Of a stretch of DNA of 64,000 bases, positions 1-9,827 are shown in pieces. The position numbers and the translations under genes are program-made. The first letter of the stretch is position 1, and every line of letters begins with the position of its first letter. A model generated the notes under the pieces. It ran no database searches, was not told the origin of the DNA, and worked only from the letters and a program-made list of their open reading frames with translations. The DNA comes from Tepidisphaerales bacterium (lineage in GTDB: Bacteria > Planctomycetota > Phycisphaerae > Tepidisphaerales > Tepidisphaeraceae): contig JBBQXB010000010.1 of assembly GCA_038210015.1 (NCBI GenBank), forward strand, positions 4,082 through 68,081. Direction: 5' to 3'.

Positions 1-328
1 ATCGCAGTGCACTCCAAGCTTGGAGCAGGCTGTCAGGAAATGATTTATGCAAATGCTGTGGAAATTGAGTTCAAGCGACGAGGTATAAAATATATTCGCG
101 AGTATCGTTTTTGATGTTTTATATGAAGGGCAACCTGTTGGTACTGGCATTGTCGATTTGATGGTTGAGGATGAAATAGTGCTGGAAATCAAGGCAGTGG
201 AATCCATCCTCCCGCTCTTTGTTTCACAAACTATTTCATATTTGCGCGGAACAAATAAGCGGCTCGCCTTAATTATCAATTTTAACGCAAGGCGACTCGT
301 CGAGGGCATCCGACGAATCGCCAAGTGA
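1..328 (+). pseudogene. GxxExxY-family (PD-(D/E)XK-like) mini-protein, 5' end cut by the window edge and interrupted by a +1 frameshift
   Basis: Frame 1 (1-114) reads IAVHSKLGAGCQEMIYANAVEIEFKRRGIKYIREYRF and then hits TGA. Frame 2 continues DVLYEGQPVGTGIVDLMVEDEIVLEIKAVESILPLFVSQTISYLRGTNKRLALIINFNARRLVEGIRRIAK to a TGA at 326-328. The literal GxxExxY motif (GCQEMIY), the D..VE..E.K core and the LINFN tail are all present. The shift lies in a T5 run near 108-112. The patch is visibly more AT-rich than its flanks. Confidence 0.6.
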
Positions 329-361
329 CGCTCTGTGCTCACTGTGTCCTCTGTGGCAATC

Positions 362-994
362 ATGCATTCGCAACCCATCAATCTCGCGGTTCTGATCTCC
401 GGCGGGGGGACGACATTGCAGAATCTGCTGGATCAGATTGATGCCGGATTGCTCGATGCGCGCGTGGTGACGGTGATCGCGTCCAAGCCGGGGATCAAAG
501 GGATCGACCGCGCTAAGGCCGCGGGGTTGCAGGTGCATCTGGCGGTGCGGAAAGAGTTTGACTCGATCGAATCCTTCAGCCAGCACGTTTTTTCCATCTG
601 TACGCAAGCGAAGACCGATCTGGTGTGCCTCGGCGGGTGGTTGTCGCTGCTGAAAATCCCCGACGATTGGCTTGGTAAGGTCATCAACATCCACCCGTCA
701 TTGCTGCCGCATTTTGGGGGCAAGGGGATGTGGGGGCATCACGTGCATGAAGCGGTGATCGCCGCCCGAGAGACGATCAGCGGCTGTACGGTGCATTTTG
801 TGAATAACGAATACGACGCCGGGCCGATCATCCTTCAGCGGGTTTGTCCGGTGCTGGAAGACGATACGCCAGATGACCTGGCCGCCCGCGTTTTTGCGGA
901 GGAAACAATCGCCTATCCCGCAGCGATCAAGCAGATTCAGAGCGGGGTCGTGCGGCTGGAAGGTCGGCGGGCTGTTGGTGATGCGAAAGTCTGA
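362..994 (+). CDS. purN: phosphoribosylglycinamide formyltransferase
   Basis: Carries the LISGGGTTLQNL, NIHPSLLPHFGGKGMWG and GCTVHFV..YDAGPII motifs. The ATG at 362 (MHSQPINLAVL) is preferred over the GTG at 335. Confidence 0.9.
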   Translation: MHSQPINLAVLISGGGTTLQNLLDQIDAGLLDARVVTVIASKPGIKGIDRAKAAGLQVHLAVRKEFDSIESFSQHVFSICTQAKTDLVCLGGWLSLLKIPDDWLGKVINIHPSLLPHFGGKGMWGHHVHEAVIAARETISGCTVHFVNNEYDAGPIILQRVCPVLEDDTPDDLAARVFAEETIAYPAAIKQIQSGVVRLEGRRAVGDAKV

Positions 995-995
995 G

Positions 996-3209
996 TCAAC
1001 TCGCAGTGGTGGGTTGGTGCGTCGTAGATTGCAAATCCAAACATGATTTTGCTTCAGCGCCGAGCCTATTTTGTCCGGCGTCGAGGCCGGTGATGTACAA
1101 GAGATGTCGGGCGCGGGTCGCTGCGACGTAAAACTGTGCGCGGCCTCGCGAATCGGCATCGATCCGATCCACGCCCACCACAAACACAATCGGCGCATCG
1201 TACCCCTTGGCACTGGCGATCGTGCTGACGGTGAGAATATTGGGCTGGATCAATGCGGAATCTTTCGCTTCATTGTGTTCGGCATCGACCAGTCGGGTTC
1301 CAAAATCGTGCTGACCCGCCAACGCACCGAGTTGAAAGGGCAAATGCGCTACAAAATCCTTGTGCGACCGGTACAAAATCAGGATGTCGGCAGGATTGAC
1401 CGATTCTTTCACGATCAGCCGTTCCATTTCATGGATGATCCATCGGCTCTCGGCGCGACGATTTTCAAATAACCGCACGACAGGCGCTTCCCCTTGCCGT
1501 TTGCAGAACTTGACCGCGACGCGGTTCTCAAACTCATCGACAAGATTACGCGATTTCAGGTTCGCAAGATCGGCAAATTGTCTGGTCTGTGCCCGCACGC
1601 CCGCCGGGGCGCATGATCCGATCAGCACATTCATCGCCAGCTCGACGATCTGCTGCGTGTTGCGCAGGCATTCGTCCAGATAGGTCGTGCGACCGACGAT
1701 GTTGATGCCCAGATGTTCCCACGTCGGGGTTAGGCGGCCATAGATGTTCTGGGCGTTGTCATAAAAGATCGTCAGCGATTGATTGCCCGCAGCATCGGGC
1801 GTGGCGAGTCGTCGGAGCAGTTCAAACTCTGCGGGTTCAAGATCTTGAGCTTCGTCGATGAAGATCGCATCAAACATCAGTTTGGATTGATCGGCTGTCG
1901 GGAGGTCATCAAACGCTTTGCAGATCGCCTGTGCGCGTTGGGTGCGATGATTGATATCGAACGGATTTCGCAGGCGCTTTTCGCGAGTGGTAAGGTCAAT
2001 CAGCAAGCGGTCAAAGTGGGTGACACGCACCGACTTATCATCGTGGGCCTGCCAGCAGATGCGGGCGAGTTCGGTATCGATTTTGTCTCTGAGGAAGTGA
2101 ACCAGCGTGCGATTAAAACAGCAGACGAGCATTTTGGGATCGCGATCTGATTCACTGAGGATACGCCGGTAGGTTCTCGCGACCATGCCCGCAAGGATGA
2201 CCGACTTGCCGCTTCCCGCGACGCCGCGGAACAATCGATGGCCGGTACGGGGGTCGATGCGGAGCAGTTCTTGTTGCTGCGCGGTGTGCTTGCGTGGAAG
2301 CAAATCCAACGCACGGAAGTAATCACCGATGGTTTTAGTGGGTGGCTGGGCTTCAGTGACTACGGTGGGTAGTGGGTGGGCGGTCGGGGCGTTAATCGTT
2401 GCAAAAGTGGGTTGACTATCACTCTGCCGATCCGTTTTTTTGCGTCTGGCGCTACCGGCGCGTGGCGGGGACAGTGCACAAGTCCCTGCAAAGATGGATC
2501 GAAGCTCGTCAACTGCTTGGCGTGTTATCCGCGTGCCTGCGAACAATCGGGGTGCCTGATAGTCGACAAAGCCGGTGACATAGATTCTGAAATCACGCGG
2601 ATGTTCCAATGCTTCAGAAAAAATCGTTGCAAACTTCCACGTTGCCCCGAATCGCTTTTGGAAGTCACTCTCTGCCACCTTCGGAAGCGCTGCCATGCGG
2701 TTGAATGAAATGGATTTCACTGACACCCGCTTTTGCAGCACGCCTTTCAAACGGTACATCACTTTGTCCGCCTGCATGAACGGTCGTTCCCAATTCGGTT
2801 GTCCGTCCCGTTCAATTGATAATTCATCAGCCCGCACGTCGTGGATGTCCGCCAGCGGTACGCCTTTATTTTCGATCACCAGCACACCGATATCCGGATG
2901 CGCGATCACTAGGTCCGGGCGCGGGATGCGCACCGAAGGGGGCAAGGATTCGACAAAAAAAGCGGCGTCGGGTTCGTCGCCAAACGCCTGGACTGCGATT
3001 GATATAAGTCGTGCGTGCTGCGTGAGTTCCACCGCATCAATGCCATGGCAATAGGCTTTAGCGCGAGCGCAAATTTCGCGCATTTCGGCGATCGCTTGTC
3101 TACTCGCGGACTTTCCGGGCATGGCGAAATTGTAGCGGGATACCATTTTTCCCCAAACCGATCGCATCGAGAATTGTCTATCCGATGTCGTTACAAACGA
3201 TATACTCAA
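996..3209 (-). CDS. NERD-like nuclease domain fused to a UvrD/Rep-type SF1 helicase
   Basis: The N-terminal block is PDLVIAHPDIGVLVIENKG (D..E.K, NERD / PD-(D/E)XK-like). Further motifs are Walker A GVAGSGKS, motif II IFIDEAQD, and a UvrD_C-like end (TVSTIASAKGYDAPIVFVVG..FYVAATRARH). A low-complexity linker separates the two halves. Confidence 0.75.
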   Translation of the reverse strand: MSISFVTTSDRQFSMRSVWGKMVSRYNFAMPGKSASRQAIAEMREICARAKAYCHGIDAVELTQHARLISIAVQAFGDEPDAAFFVESLPPSVRIPRPDLVIAHPDIGVLVIENKGVPLADIHDVRADELSIERDGQPNWERPFMQADKVMYRLKGVLQKRVSVKSISFNRMAALPKVAESDFQKRFGATWKFATIFSEALEHPRDFRIYVTGFVDYQAPRLFAGTRITRQAVDELRSIFAGTCALSPPRAGSARRKKTDRQSDSQPTFATINAPTAHPLPTVVTEAQPPTKTIGDYFRALDLLPRKHTAQQQELLRIDPRTGHRLFRGVAGSGKSVILAGMVARTYRRILSESDRDPKMLVCCFNRTLVHFLRDKIDTELARICWQAHDDKSVRVTHFDRLLIDLTTREKRLRNPFDINHRTQRAQAICKAFDDLPTADQSKLMFDAIFIDEAQDLEPAEFELLRRLATPDAAGNQSLTIFYDNAQNIYGRLTPTWEHLGINIVGRTTYLDECLRNTQQIVELAMNVLIGSCAPAGVRAQTRQFADLANLKSRNLVDEFENRVAVKFCKRQGEAPVVRLFENRRAESRWIIHEMERLIVKESVNPADILILYRSHKDFVAHLPFQLGALAGQHDFGTRLVDAEHNEAKDSALIQPNILTVSTIASAKGYDAPIVFVVGVDRIDADSRGRAQFYVAATRARHLLYITGLDAGQNRLGAEAKSCLDLQSTTHQPTTAS

Positions 3210-3221
3210 TATAGTCCGCCT

Positions 3222-3968
3222 ATGAGGTGCATGATGCGAACAATTCTTTCTTCAATACTCGTGACCATGCTGCTGGCTTCGCTTGCAAACGCGCAGTCGG
3301 TTGCAAACGCCGCATTGACCAAACGTTTGCCGACGATCTCTTTGAAAGATGTAGCGCTGACTGACGCGATTGAGTTTTTCCGTGACGCCACCAACGCCAA
3401 CCTCACTGTCGATTGGCGGTCGCTTGAGGAAGTCGGCATCTCAAAAGACACGCCGGTTTCATTGAGTTTGCGTCATGTTCCGACACGGGTTGCCCTCAAG
3501 GCCGTGCTGGAATCCGCCGCGCCGGGATTGCTCACCTTCACCGTTTCAGAAAACGTCATCACGATCACCACCATCGCCAAAGCCGACGGTAAGATGATCA
3601 CCCGCATCTACCCGGTTCAGGATTTGTTGACCGAAATCCCCGATTTTGAAGGCCCAAGTCTCAGCCTCACCGATCAGGTCGGGAACAAGTCCGGCAACAG
3701 TGATCGTGGCGGGCGCAATGGTGGGTCAAATCAATCGGGTGGCATTTTCGGTACTGGCGGAAACAGCAATGCGAGCAATCGCGACGAAGAAAAAACCAAA
3801 ACCCGCACCGAACGCGCCGACGACCTGATTGCGGTGATTCAAGAGACCATCCGCCCAGAAATCTGGGACACCAACGGCGGCAAGGCCCGCATCCGATTTT
3901 TCAACGGCAATCTGATCGTCACCGCGCCGAAAAGCGTGCACGAAGCGATCGGTGGTTCGGTCGATTGA
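3222..3968 (+). CDS. secreted hypothetical protein with secretin-N/STN-like short domains
   Basis: Signal peptide MRCMMRTILSSILVTMLLASLANAQS. STN-like blocks are LKDVALTDAIEFFRDATNANLTVDW and IAVIQETIRPEIWDTNGGKARIRFFNGNLIVTAP, joined by a G/N/S-rich linker. The internal start at 3222 was chosen within ORF 3015..3968. Confidence 0.6.
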   Translation: MRCMMRTILSSILVTMLLASLANAQSVANAALTKRLPTISLKDVALTDAIEFFRDATNANLTVDWRSLEEVGISKDTPVSLSLRHVPTRVALKAVLESAAPGLLTFTVSENVITITTIAKADGKMITRIYPVQDLLTEIPDFEGPSLSLTDQVGNKSGNSDRGGRNGGSNQSGGIFGTGGNSNASNRDEEKTKTRTERADDLIAVIQETIRPEIWDTNGGKARIRFFNGNLIVTAPKSVHEAIGGSVD

Positions 3969-4010
3969 AAACGTTTCTGATTCTCTAAGACTCTATCACT
4001 CGTACTTGCC

Positions 4011-4035
4011 ACACCCACTCCGTCGGAGTGGGTGT
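4011..4035 (+). terminator. stem-loop downstream of the 3222-3968 gene
   Basis: A perfect 11-bp stem (ACACCCACTCC / GGAGTGGGTGT) with a 3-nt loop lies about 43 nt after the stop. The T-tract is weak. Confidence 0.5.
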
Positions 4036-4128
4036 TGTCGGTATCGAAGTGCGTTGACTGGAAATACGACTTTGATTTTGCGTATTCAATGTCGTATGTT
4101 ATCCGAGTGGAACTACCCGGAGTGAGTC

Positions 4129-4434
4129 ATGCCCCATCGCGCAAAAATTGTTGAAACCCCGCATGTCTGGACATTTCTGAGCAATCACGCCCATGTGCTA
4201 CTGCTGATCAGCGTTGATCCGGAAATTAAGCTGCGCGATGCGGCTGTGCAGGTGGGGATCACCGAGCGGGCGGTGCAACGGATCATCGCCGATCTGGAAT
4301 CCGGCGGATACCTCAAGCGTGAGCGAACCGGTCGTCGCAACCGCTATACCGTTTACCCGAAACGCCCGCTGCGTCATGCCATCGAAGCCCATCGTACGGT
4401 TGGTGATTTACTGGAATTGATTCACCGCACATAA
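4129..4434 (+). CDS. small winged-helix (ArsR/MarR-like) transcriptional regulator
   Basis: HTH-like block [39 protein letters not shown]. It is 101 aa and sits directly upstream of dabBA. Confidence 0.6.
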   Translation: MPHRAKIVETPHVWTFLSNHAHVLLLISVDPEIKLRDAAVQVGITERAVQRIIADLESGGYLKRERTGRRNRYTVYPKRPLRHAIEAHRTVGDLLELIHRT

Positions 4435-4509
4435 CTCCAGTGGCCGGCGAATCTGAGCGACCCATCAGCAACGTGGTCCGATGTTCTGGGGAAAATAATA
4501 ACATCACAT

Positions 4510-4538
4510 TTGACACGACACTCATTACATGATAATAA
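4510..4538 (+). promoter_or_regulatory. candidate sigma70-type promoter for dabBA
   Basis: TTGACA, a 17-nt spacer, then TAATAA, in an AT-rich gap. An inverted repeat AATAAAT..ATTTATT overlaps the -10 region. The call rests on sequence pattern only. Confidence 0.25.
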
Positions 4539-4588
4539 ATACGCGACAATTTATTCTGTAATTAAAAATCGCGTAATGTGGAGCGTGT

Positions 4589-6070
4589 ATGGTTGATCAA
4601 ACGATAAAAGTGCCCGGTAGCAATGTGGAAGCGGCGCTGTGGGTTTTGGCGGCAGTGGCGTTGGGTGGTTTGGTCGCCCAATCCGTAAACCCACAACCCA
4701 TTGCCGCCGTAGGATTTAACATCGACCGGCTCACCTGCACGCTTGCACTGTTGGTCGCGGGGGTGGGCGCCGTCACGTTCCGATTCGCGAGGCGCTACCT
4801 GCTTGGCGAGCAACATCACACACGATTTCTCATGCTCCATGCGTCGGCGGTCGTCTCTGCGATGGTGTTCATGCTCGCCAGCAATCTGATTCTTCTCTAT
4901 GCCGCGTGGACGTTGACCAGTCTTGTCCTGCATCGTCTATTGACGCACTACGCCCACCGGCCCGAAGCCTGGCCTCCGGCGCGCAAGAAGTTTTTGATCA
5001 GCCGGATAGGAGACGTGGCGCTGGTGTCGGCGATTTTGATCATCGCATTCGGATACCAAACCACCGATTTGCAGGTGTTTTTATCCCATGCGATCGCCAA
5101 CCCGCACACACTGTCGTCTCATGCGGTCGCGGTGCTGGTTGCGATCGCTGCGATCACGAAGTCGGCACAGTTCCCGTTCCATAGTTGGCTACCCGAAACG
5201 ATGGAAGCGCCGACGCCTGTCTCAGCATTGATGCACGCGGGGATCATCAATGCCGGTGGCGCACTGGTGTTGAAGTTTGCACCCGTTGTCGCTGCCTCGC
5301 CTTCGTCAATGATCCTGCTGACGCTCATTGGTTTGGTGACGGCGATTCTCGGCATGACCGCGATGTGGGCGCAAACCAATATCAAACGCACGCTCGCATG
5401 GTCCACTGTAAGCCAGATGGGGTTTATGATGATCCAGCTCGGTCTGGCGGCATTTCCTGCAGCGGTGCTGCACATCGTCGGACACGGTTGTTACAAAGCG
5501 TGGAAATTTCTCAGCAGCGGAGAGATCAACAAGGATCCCGTTCCACAACCGCTGCACGCGTCCTCCCATTTGCTTTGGGTGGCTTGCGGACTGTTTTTAT
5601 CCGCAGGCGCTGTTTACGGTGCCTCATGGCTGCTGGGATTTAATCCCGCACAAAATCCTGGAAAATTTGCGATGACCGCGGTGCTGGTGATGGCGATCGC
5701 GCAGGTCTGGCCGATCCTGATGGCGCGCCTCACACCTGCCACAATCAGCATCGCATCGGCGATCACGGTCGGCGGCAGCTTTCTGGCAATGCTTATCTAT
5801 CAGCAGGTGATGTATTTCTACGCACCGATCTTCACGTCGATGGTGCCGATTCACTCGACCCTCGCGTGGATCGTTGCATGGATGGTCGTCATTGCGATGT
5901 TACTTTCGATTCTCTTTCACAGTTTCCTGCCGATCATTTCGAGCAACCCAGTTGGCAAGGCCTTTCGCATTCATGCCTTGCACGGCTTTTATGGCAGCGC
6001 AATCGCCGACCGCTTTGTACGGATGATCTGGAAAAAGTTTTCACCCGCTGGAGTTCACGCAAATGCTTAA
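4589..6070 (+). CDS. dabB: DabB, NuoL/MnhA-like proton-conducting membrane subunit of a DAB inorganic-carbon pump
   Basis: Polytopic membrane protein with the ND5/NuoL signature KSAQFPFHSWLPETMEAPTPVSALMHAGIINAGG. Its end overlaps the downstream DUF2309 gene. Confidence 0.75.
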   Translation: MVDQTIKVPGSNVEAALWVLAAVALGGLVAQSVNPQPIAAVGFNIDRLTCTLALLVAGVGAVTFRFARRYLLGEQHHTRFLMLHASAVVSAMVFMLASNLILLYAAWTLTSLVLHRLLTHYAHRPEAWPPARKKFLISRIGDVALVSAILIIAFGYQTTDLQVFLSHAIANPHTLSSHAVAVLVAIAAITKSAQFPFHSWLPETMEAPTPVSALMHAGIINAGGALVLKFAPVVAASPSSMILLTLIGLVTAILGMTAMWAQTNIKRTLAWSTVSQMGFMMIQLGLAAFPAAVLHIVGHGCYKAWKFLSSGEINKDPVPQPLHASSHLLWVACGLFLSAGAVYGASWLLGFNPAQNPGKFAMTAVLVMAIAQVWPILMARLTPATISIASAITVGGSFLAMLIYQQVMYFYAPIFTSMVPIHSTLAWIVAWMVVIAMLLSILFHSFLPIISSNPVGKAFRIHALHGFYGSAIADRFVRMIWKKFSPAGVHANA

Positions 6071-8417
6071 CACACTCGCTGCAAACAATATGGAAGAACA
6101 GCACCTGTCACAGGCGATCGATGCTGTTGTAAAGCGAATCGCGCCGTTGTGGTCGCTTAATGATTTCGTAGCGGTCAATCCGTTTGTGGGCTATTCGGAT
6201 CGCCCGATCGTCGAATCCGCCAAAGAAATCTGCGACGCTATGGGTGCAAAGGTGTTTCCAAGCATCGAGGATTATCGAAACCGTCTTGGCGCGGAAACCT
6301 TCACTAAAAATGATCTCGCACGTGCCGTGACGCAAGCGATGGTTGATCTGGATGCCACAGCAGTGATGCAGGCATTGGCAGCGCCGGCAGCGCCGCCAAC
6401 ACGCCCGGGGTCGTCGCTGGTTAGTTATGCTGAATATGCTGATCACATTGACGGAACAAACTGGCACACGATTCTGCGTACATCCGTTGCACGATACTGC
6501 GCCGTTTATGCTGACGCCGGCGGGCAAACCTGGCCGCTGACTTCACAACAGAACCTCTGGAAAATCTGGCGCGAAGCCGGCGCGATTGATCGTGCGATTG
6601 ATTGGTCAGGCTTGAAGGGCTATCGCGAATATGTTGCCGGTCTTGCAGAATCGCCAGTCGAGGCGATGCAGGCGGCGATGCGGTCACTGCTGATTTCGCC
6701 GGACGATCGCGAGGCCTATTTTTATCATTTGCTCGGCAAATTATTGGGATGGGCTTCATACTTTCGTCGTGCCGCGTGGGAGAATCCCGGGATCGACAAT
6801 GATCCGCTTGGCGATTTGCTGGCAATCTGCGTTTGCGTCGACGCCTTTGTCGCCAAGCAACTCAAACAACTGGTGCAGCCGGTATTGCCTGCTCAAAAAT
6901 CGGTGCAGGATGAATCGGTTCGTTTTGTGCTGCAAAATGCGGTCGAAAATCGCTACGTTGATCCAGTACTTGCCGCGATCACCGTGCCTGAGCAGACTGC
7001 AAATGATGAACGCCCGGCGGTGCAGGCCGTTTTTTGCATCGACGTGAGGTCCGAACCGTTTCGTCGGCACTTTGAATCAGTTGATCCGGGCGTTCGTACG
7101 CTTGGGTTTGCAGGGTTTTTTGGTGTATCGCTGAACCTCTTGGGTGAGTCGGCGCGGTGTCCGGTGCTGTTGAAGCCTTCCTTCGACGTGGATCTTTCCC
7201 TGGACGGATCTTCTGATTGGAAAAACACGTTCAAGCGGATCCAAACCACCCCTGCGGCAGCGTTTTCATTTGTGGAACTTGTAGGTGCGGGGTACGGCGG
7301 CGGGTTGCTGCGCGATGCGGGTACATTCAAGATCAGTAAGCCCGATCCAGAAGCGGTTGGCAATTTTAATGCTCCAGCACTTTCGGCAGATTCCCGTGCG
7401 CAGTCGGCGATGGGCATTCTAAAGAATATGAGCCTGCCACGACCGTATGCCAAGCTCGTCATGCTCTGCGGACATCACGGCCATAGCGCCAACAATCCCC
7501 ATGCCGCAGGTCTGGATTGCGGCGCGTGCGGCGGGCACGGTGGCGCGATCAACGCACGTGTCGCGGCGTCCTTGCTGAACGACCCGCAAGTGCGACAATC
7601 GCTGCAATCTACGGATTACTCAATACCGGACGATACCCATTTCCTACCCGCTGCCCACGATACTTCGATCGATCAAATAGCGCTGCTGGATATGCACTGT
7701 GTGCCATCCACCCATGCGAAGCAAATCGAGCAACTTCGGGGCTGGCTTGATGAGGCAGGCCAAAACACGCGGGCTGAGCGTGCACAGCCGCTGGGCATGC
7801 CAACGGAAGAGCAACCGACAGGTCTATCACGCCTATTCACTAAACGCCGACGCGACTGGTCTGAGGTGCGTCCCGAATGGGCGCTGGCGCGCAACGCGTC
7901 ATTCATCGCTGCGCGGCGTGATCGCACACGGCAGATCAATTTGCAAGGAAGAGCATTTCTGCACGAATACGATGCATCGCGTGATATCGACTCCAGCATC
8001 CTGACGCTTATCCTCTGCGCGCCGATGGTCGTGGCGTCGTGGATCAACCTGCAATACTTCGCATCCACCGTTGATAACGACATATTCGGCAGCGGCAACA
8101 AAACGATCCACAATCGTGTGGGGTCGGTCGGCGTCGTGCTCGGCAACGGCGGCGATCTGCGAACGGGGCTTGCTATGCAGTCGGTTCATGCTGCGGACGG
8201 AAAGTGGTATCACGAACCGCTGCGGCTTCAGGTGATTGTTGAAGCGGATTGCGAGAAAATCGACGCGGTGCTGGCGGCGCAACCCAGCGTCCGCGATTTG
8301 GTAGAGAATCAATGGATTCGCCTGTTTGCACTCAATCCAAATTCCGCGACATCATTGCAGCGTCGTCCCAGCGGGGGATGGGATAATTGCATAGTCAACC
8401 CAACCGCACGTGAGTGA
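6063..8417 (+). CDS. dabA: DabA (DUF2309), putative Zn-dependent carbonic-anhydrase-like subunit
   Basis: The 784-aa size is typical of DUF2309. The conserved Cys/Asp motif VFCIDVRSEPFRRH and the His/Cys cluster CGHHGHSANNPHAAGLDCGACGG are present. An 8-nt overlap with dabB suggests translational coupling. Confidence 0.85.
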   Translation: MLNTLAANNMEEQHLSQAIDAVVKRIAPLWSLNDFVAVNPFVGYSDRPIVESAKEICDAMGAKVFPSIEDYRNRLGAETFTKNDLARAVTQAMVDLDATAVMQALAAPAAPPTRPGSSLVSYAEYADHIDGTNWHTILRTSVARYCAVYADAGGQTWPLTSQQNLWKIWREAGAIDRAIDWSGLKGYREYVAGLAESPVEAMQAAMRSLLISPDDREAYFYHLLGKLLGWASYFRRAAWENPGIDNDPLGDLLAICVCVDAFVAKQLKQLVQPVLPAQKSVQDESVRFVLQNAVENRYVDPVLAAITVPEQTANDERPAVQAVFCIDVRSEPFRRHFESVDPGVRTLGFAGFFGVSLNLLGESARCPVLLKPSFDVDLSLDGSSDWKNTFKRIQTTPAAAFSFVELVGAGYGGGLLRDAGTFKISKPDPEAVGNFNAPALSADSRAQSAMGILKNMSLPRPYAKLVMLCGHHGHSANNPHAAGLDCGACGGHGGAINARVAASLLNDPQVRQSLQSTDYSIPDDTHFLPAAHDTSIDQIALLDMHCVPSTHAKQIEQLRGWLDEAGQNTRAERAQPLGMPTEEQPTGLSRLFTKRRRDWSEVRPEWALARNASFIAARRDRTRQINLQGRAFLHEYDASRDIDSSILTLILCAPMVVASWINLQYFASTVDNDIFGSGNKTIHNRVGSVGVVLGNGGDLRTGLAMQSVHAADGKWYHEPLRLQVIVEADCEKIDAVLAAQPSVRDLVENQWIRLFALNPNSATSLQRRPSGGWDNCIVNPTARE

Positions 8418-8484
8418 GGCTGCGGAGCAATTTTAGGTAACCCGCATCGTTCGACTTCTGCCGCGTGTCATTTACACTGATGGC

Positions 8485-9300
8485 ATGGGAATTGATCTGG
8501 CATTCATCGGCGCAGGCAACATGGCCGAGGCGATCGCGCGGGGATTGATTAGTACGCAATCGCTCAAACCCGATCAATTGATCGCTGCGGACATCTCCCC
8601 TGAGCGACGCAAATTATTTCAAAATGATCTGGGCATTCGTTCGGTGGAAGACAATGTCGAAGCCGCAAAAGATGCGTCGGCAATTTTGCTAGCGGTGAAG
8701 CCGCAACAGATGGCTGACGCGCTGGCGGGCATCGGGTCGGTCATCACTGAAAAAACGCTCGTCATCTCAATCGCAGCGGGCATCAATACACGATTCATCG
8801 AAACAAATCTTGGACTCGGAAGGCATTGGAAAGTTGTCCGCACGATGCCGAACACGCCGATGCTGGTCGGATTGGGTGCGGTCGCGATCGCTGCAGGTGC
8901 GTTTGCAACAAAAGCCGATGTCGGCGCCGCCACGCGATTCTTTACCCCGGCAGCGGTCGTGGTCGAAGTGACCGAAGACAAACTCGATGCCGTCACCGCA
9001 TTATCCGGTTCAGGCCCAGCATACATTTTTTATCTGCTCGAACAGATGATCGCTGCGGGGATCGAACTGGGTCTGACGAAACAGCAGTCCGAGGCGCTGG
9101 CGAAACAAACCGTGCTGGGTAGTGCGATGATGGCGCATAAATCTGCGGATTCGCCAGAGGAACTTCGTCGAAAAGTCACCAGTCCCAACGGTACGACCCA
9201 GGCAGCGATTGAAACGATGGAAGCGCTCGGCATCGGTGCTGGGATCCAAAAAGCGATCACAGCCGCCTGTGCGCGATCGATCGAACTGGGAGCAAAATAA
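8485..9300 (+). CDS. proC: pyrroline-5-carboxylate reductase
   Basis: Carries FIGAGNMAEAIARGL (Rossmann motif), VRTMPNTP, SGSGPAY and SPNGTT. Confidence 0.9.
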   Translation: MGIDLAFIGAGNMAEAIARGLISTQSLKPDQLIAADISPERRKLFQNDLGIRSVEDNVEAAKDASAILLAVKPQQMADALAGIGSVITEKTLVISIAAGINTRFIETNLGLGRHWKVVRTMPNTPMLVGLGAVAIAAGAFATKADVGAATRFFTPAAVVVEVTEDKLDAVTALSGSGPAYIFYLLEQMIAAGIELGLTKQQSEALAKQTVLGSAMMAHKSADSPEELRRKVTSPNGTTQAAIETMEALGIGAGIQKAITAACARSIELGAK

Positions 9301-9344
9301 CCATCATTCAGTGACATACTGTTGTCACTGTCGGAGCAGAAATT

Positions 9345-9827
9345 ATGAAAATGAGCAATCCATTTAATCATCCCGCGTGGATCGACATCAGCCTGCTTGT
9401 GGCGCGGCTGGTGCTGGGGCTTTATATGCTGATTGCGGGTTGGAACAAGATGGCAGGGGGATTGGGGAAGTTTGTCGATGGCAAATACGCAGCCCTCACG
9501 CCCGCGTGGCTGCCCGAATCGATCGCAAGACCGTACGGCTATCTATTGCCCGTCGGGGAATTGCTTCTCGGATTGATGCTGATTCTCGGCCTATTTTCAC
9601 GCCTCGCTGCGGGCTTATTGACGCTGATGTTGTTGAGTATCGTGATCGCGATGATGAGTAAGAATGGTGTGACCGGCATCGCCGACCACGCCGGGGACCC
9701 GCCGTTCCATCACGCGTTTGTGATGCTTCCGATGGCGTTCATGCTCGCAATCATCGGCAGCGGCCGACTCGCCCTCGACCCCCTCTACTTCGGCGGCGCC
9801 CCCGATGCCGGCGGCGGCAAGAAGTAA
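9345..9827 (+). CDS. DoxX-family membrane protein
   Basis: 160 aa with four hydrophobic segments. The pattern is DoxX-like (LLVARLVLGLYMLIAGWNKM...). Confidence 0.65.
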   Translation: MKMSNPFNHPAWIDISLLVARLVLGLYMLIAGWNKMAGGLGKFVDGKYAALTPAWLPESIARPYGYLLPVGELLLGLMLILGLFSRLAAGLLTLMLLSIVIAMMSKNGVTGIADHAGDPPFHHAFVMLPMAFMLAIIGSGRLALDPLYFGGAPDAGGGKK

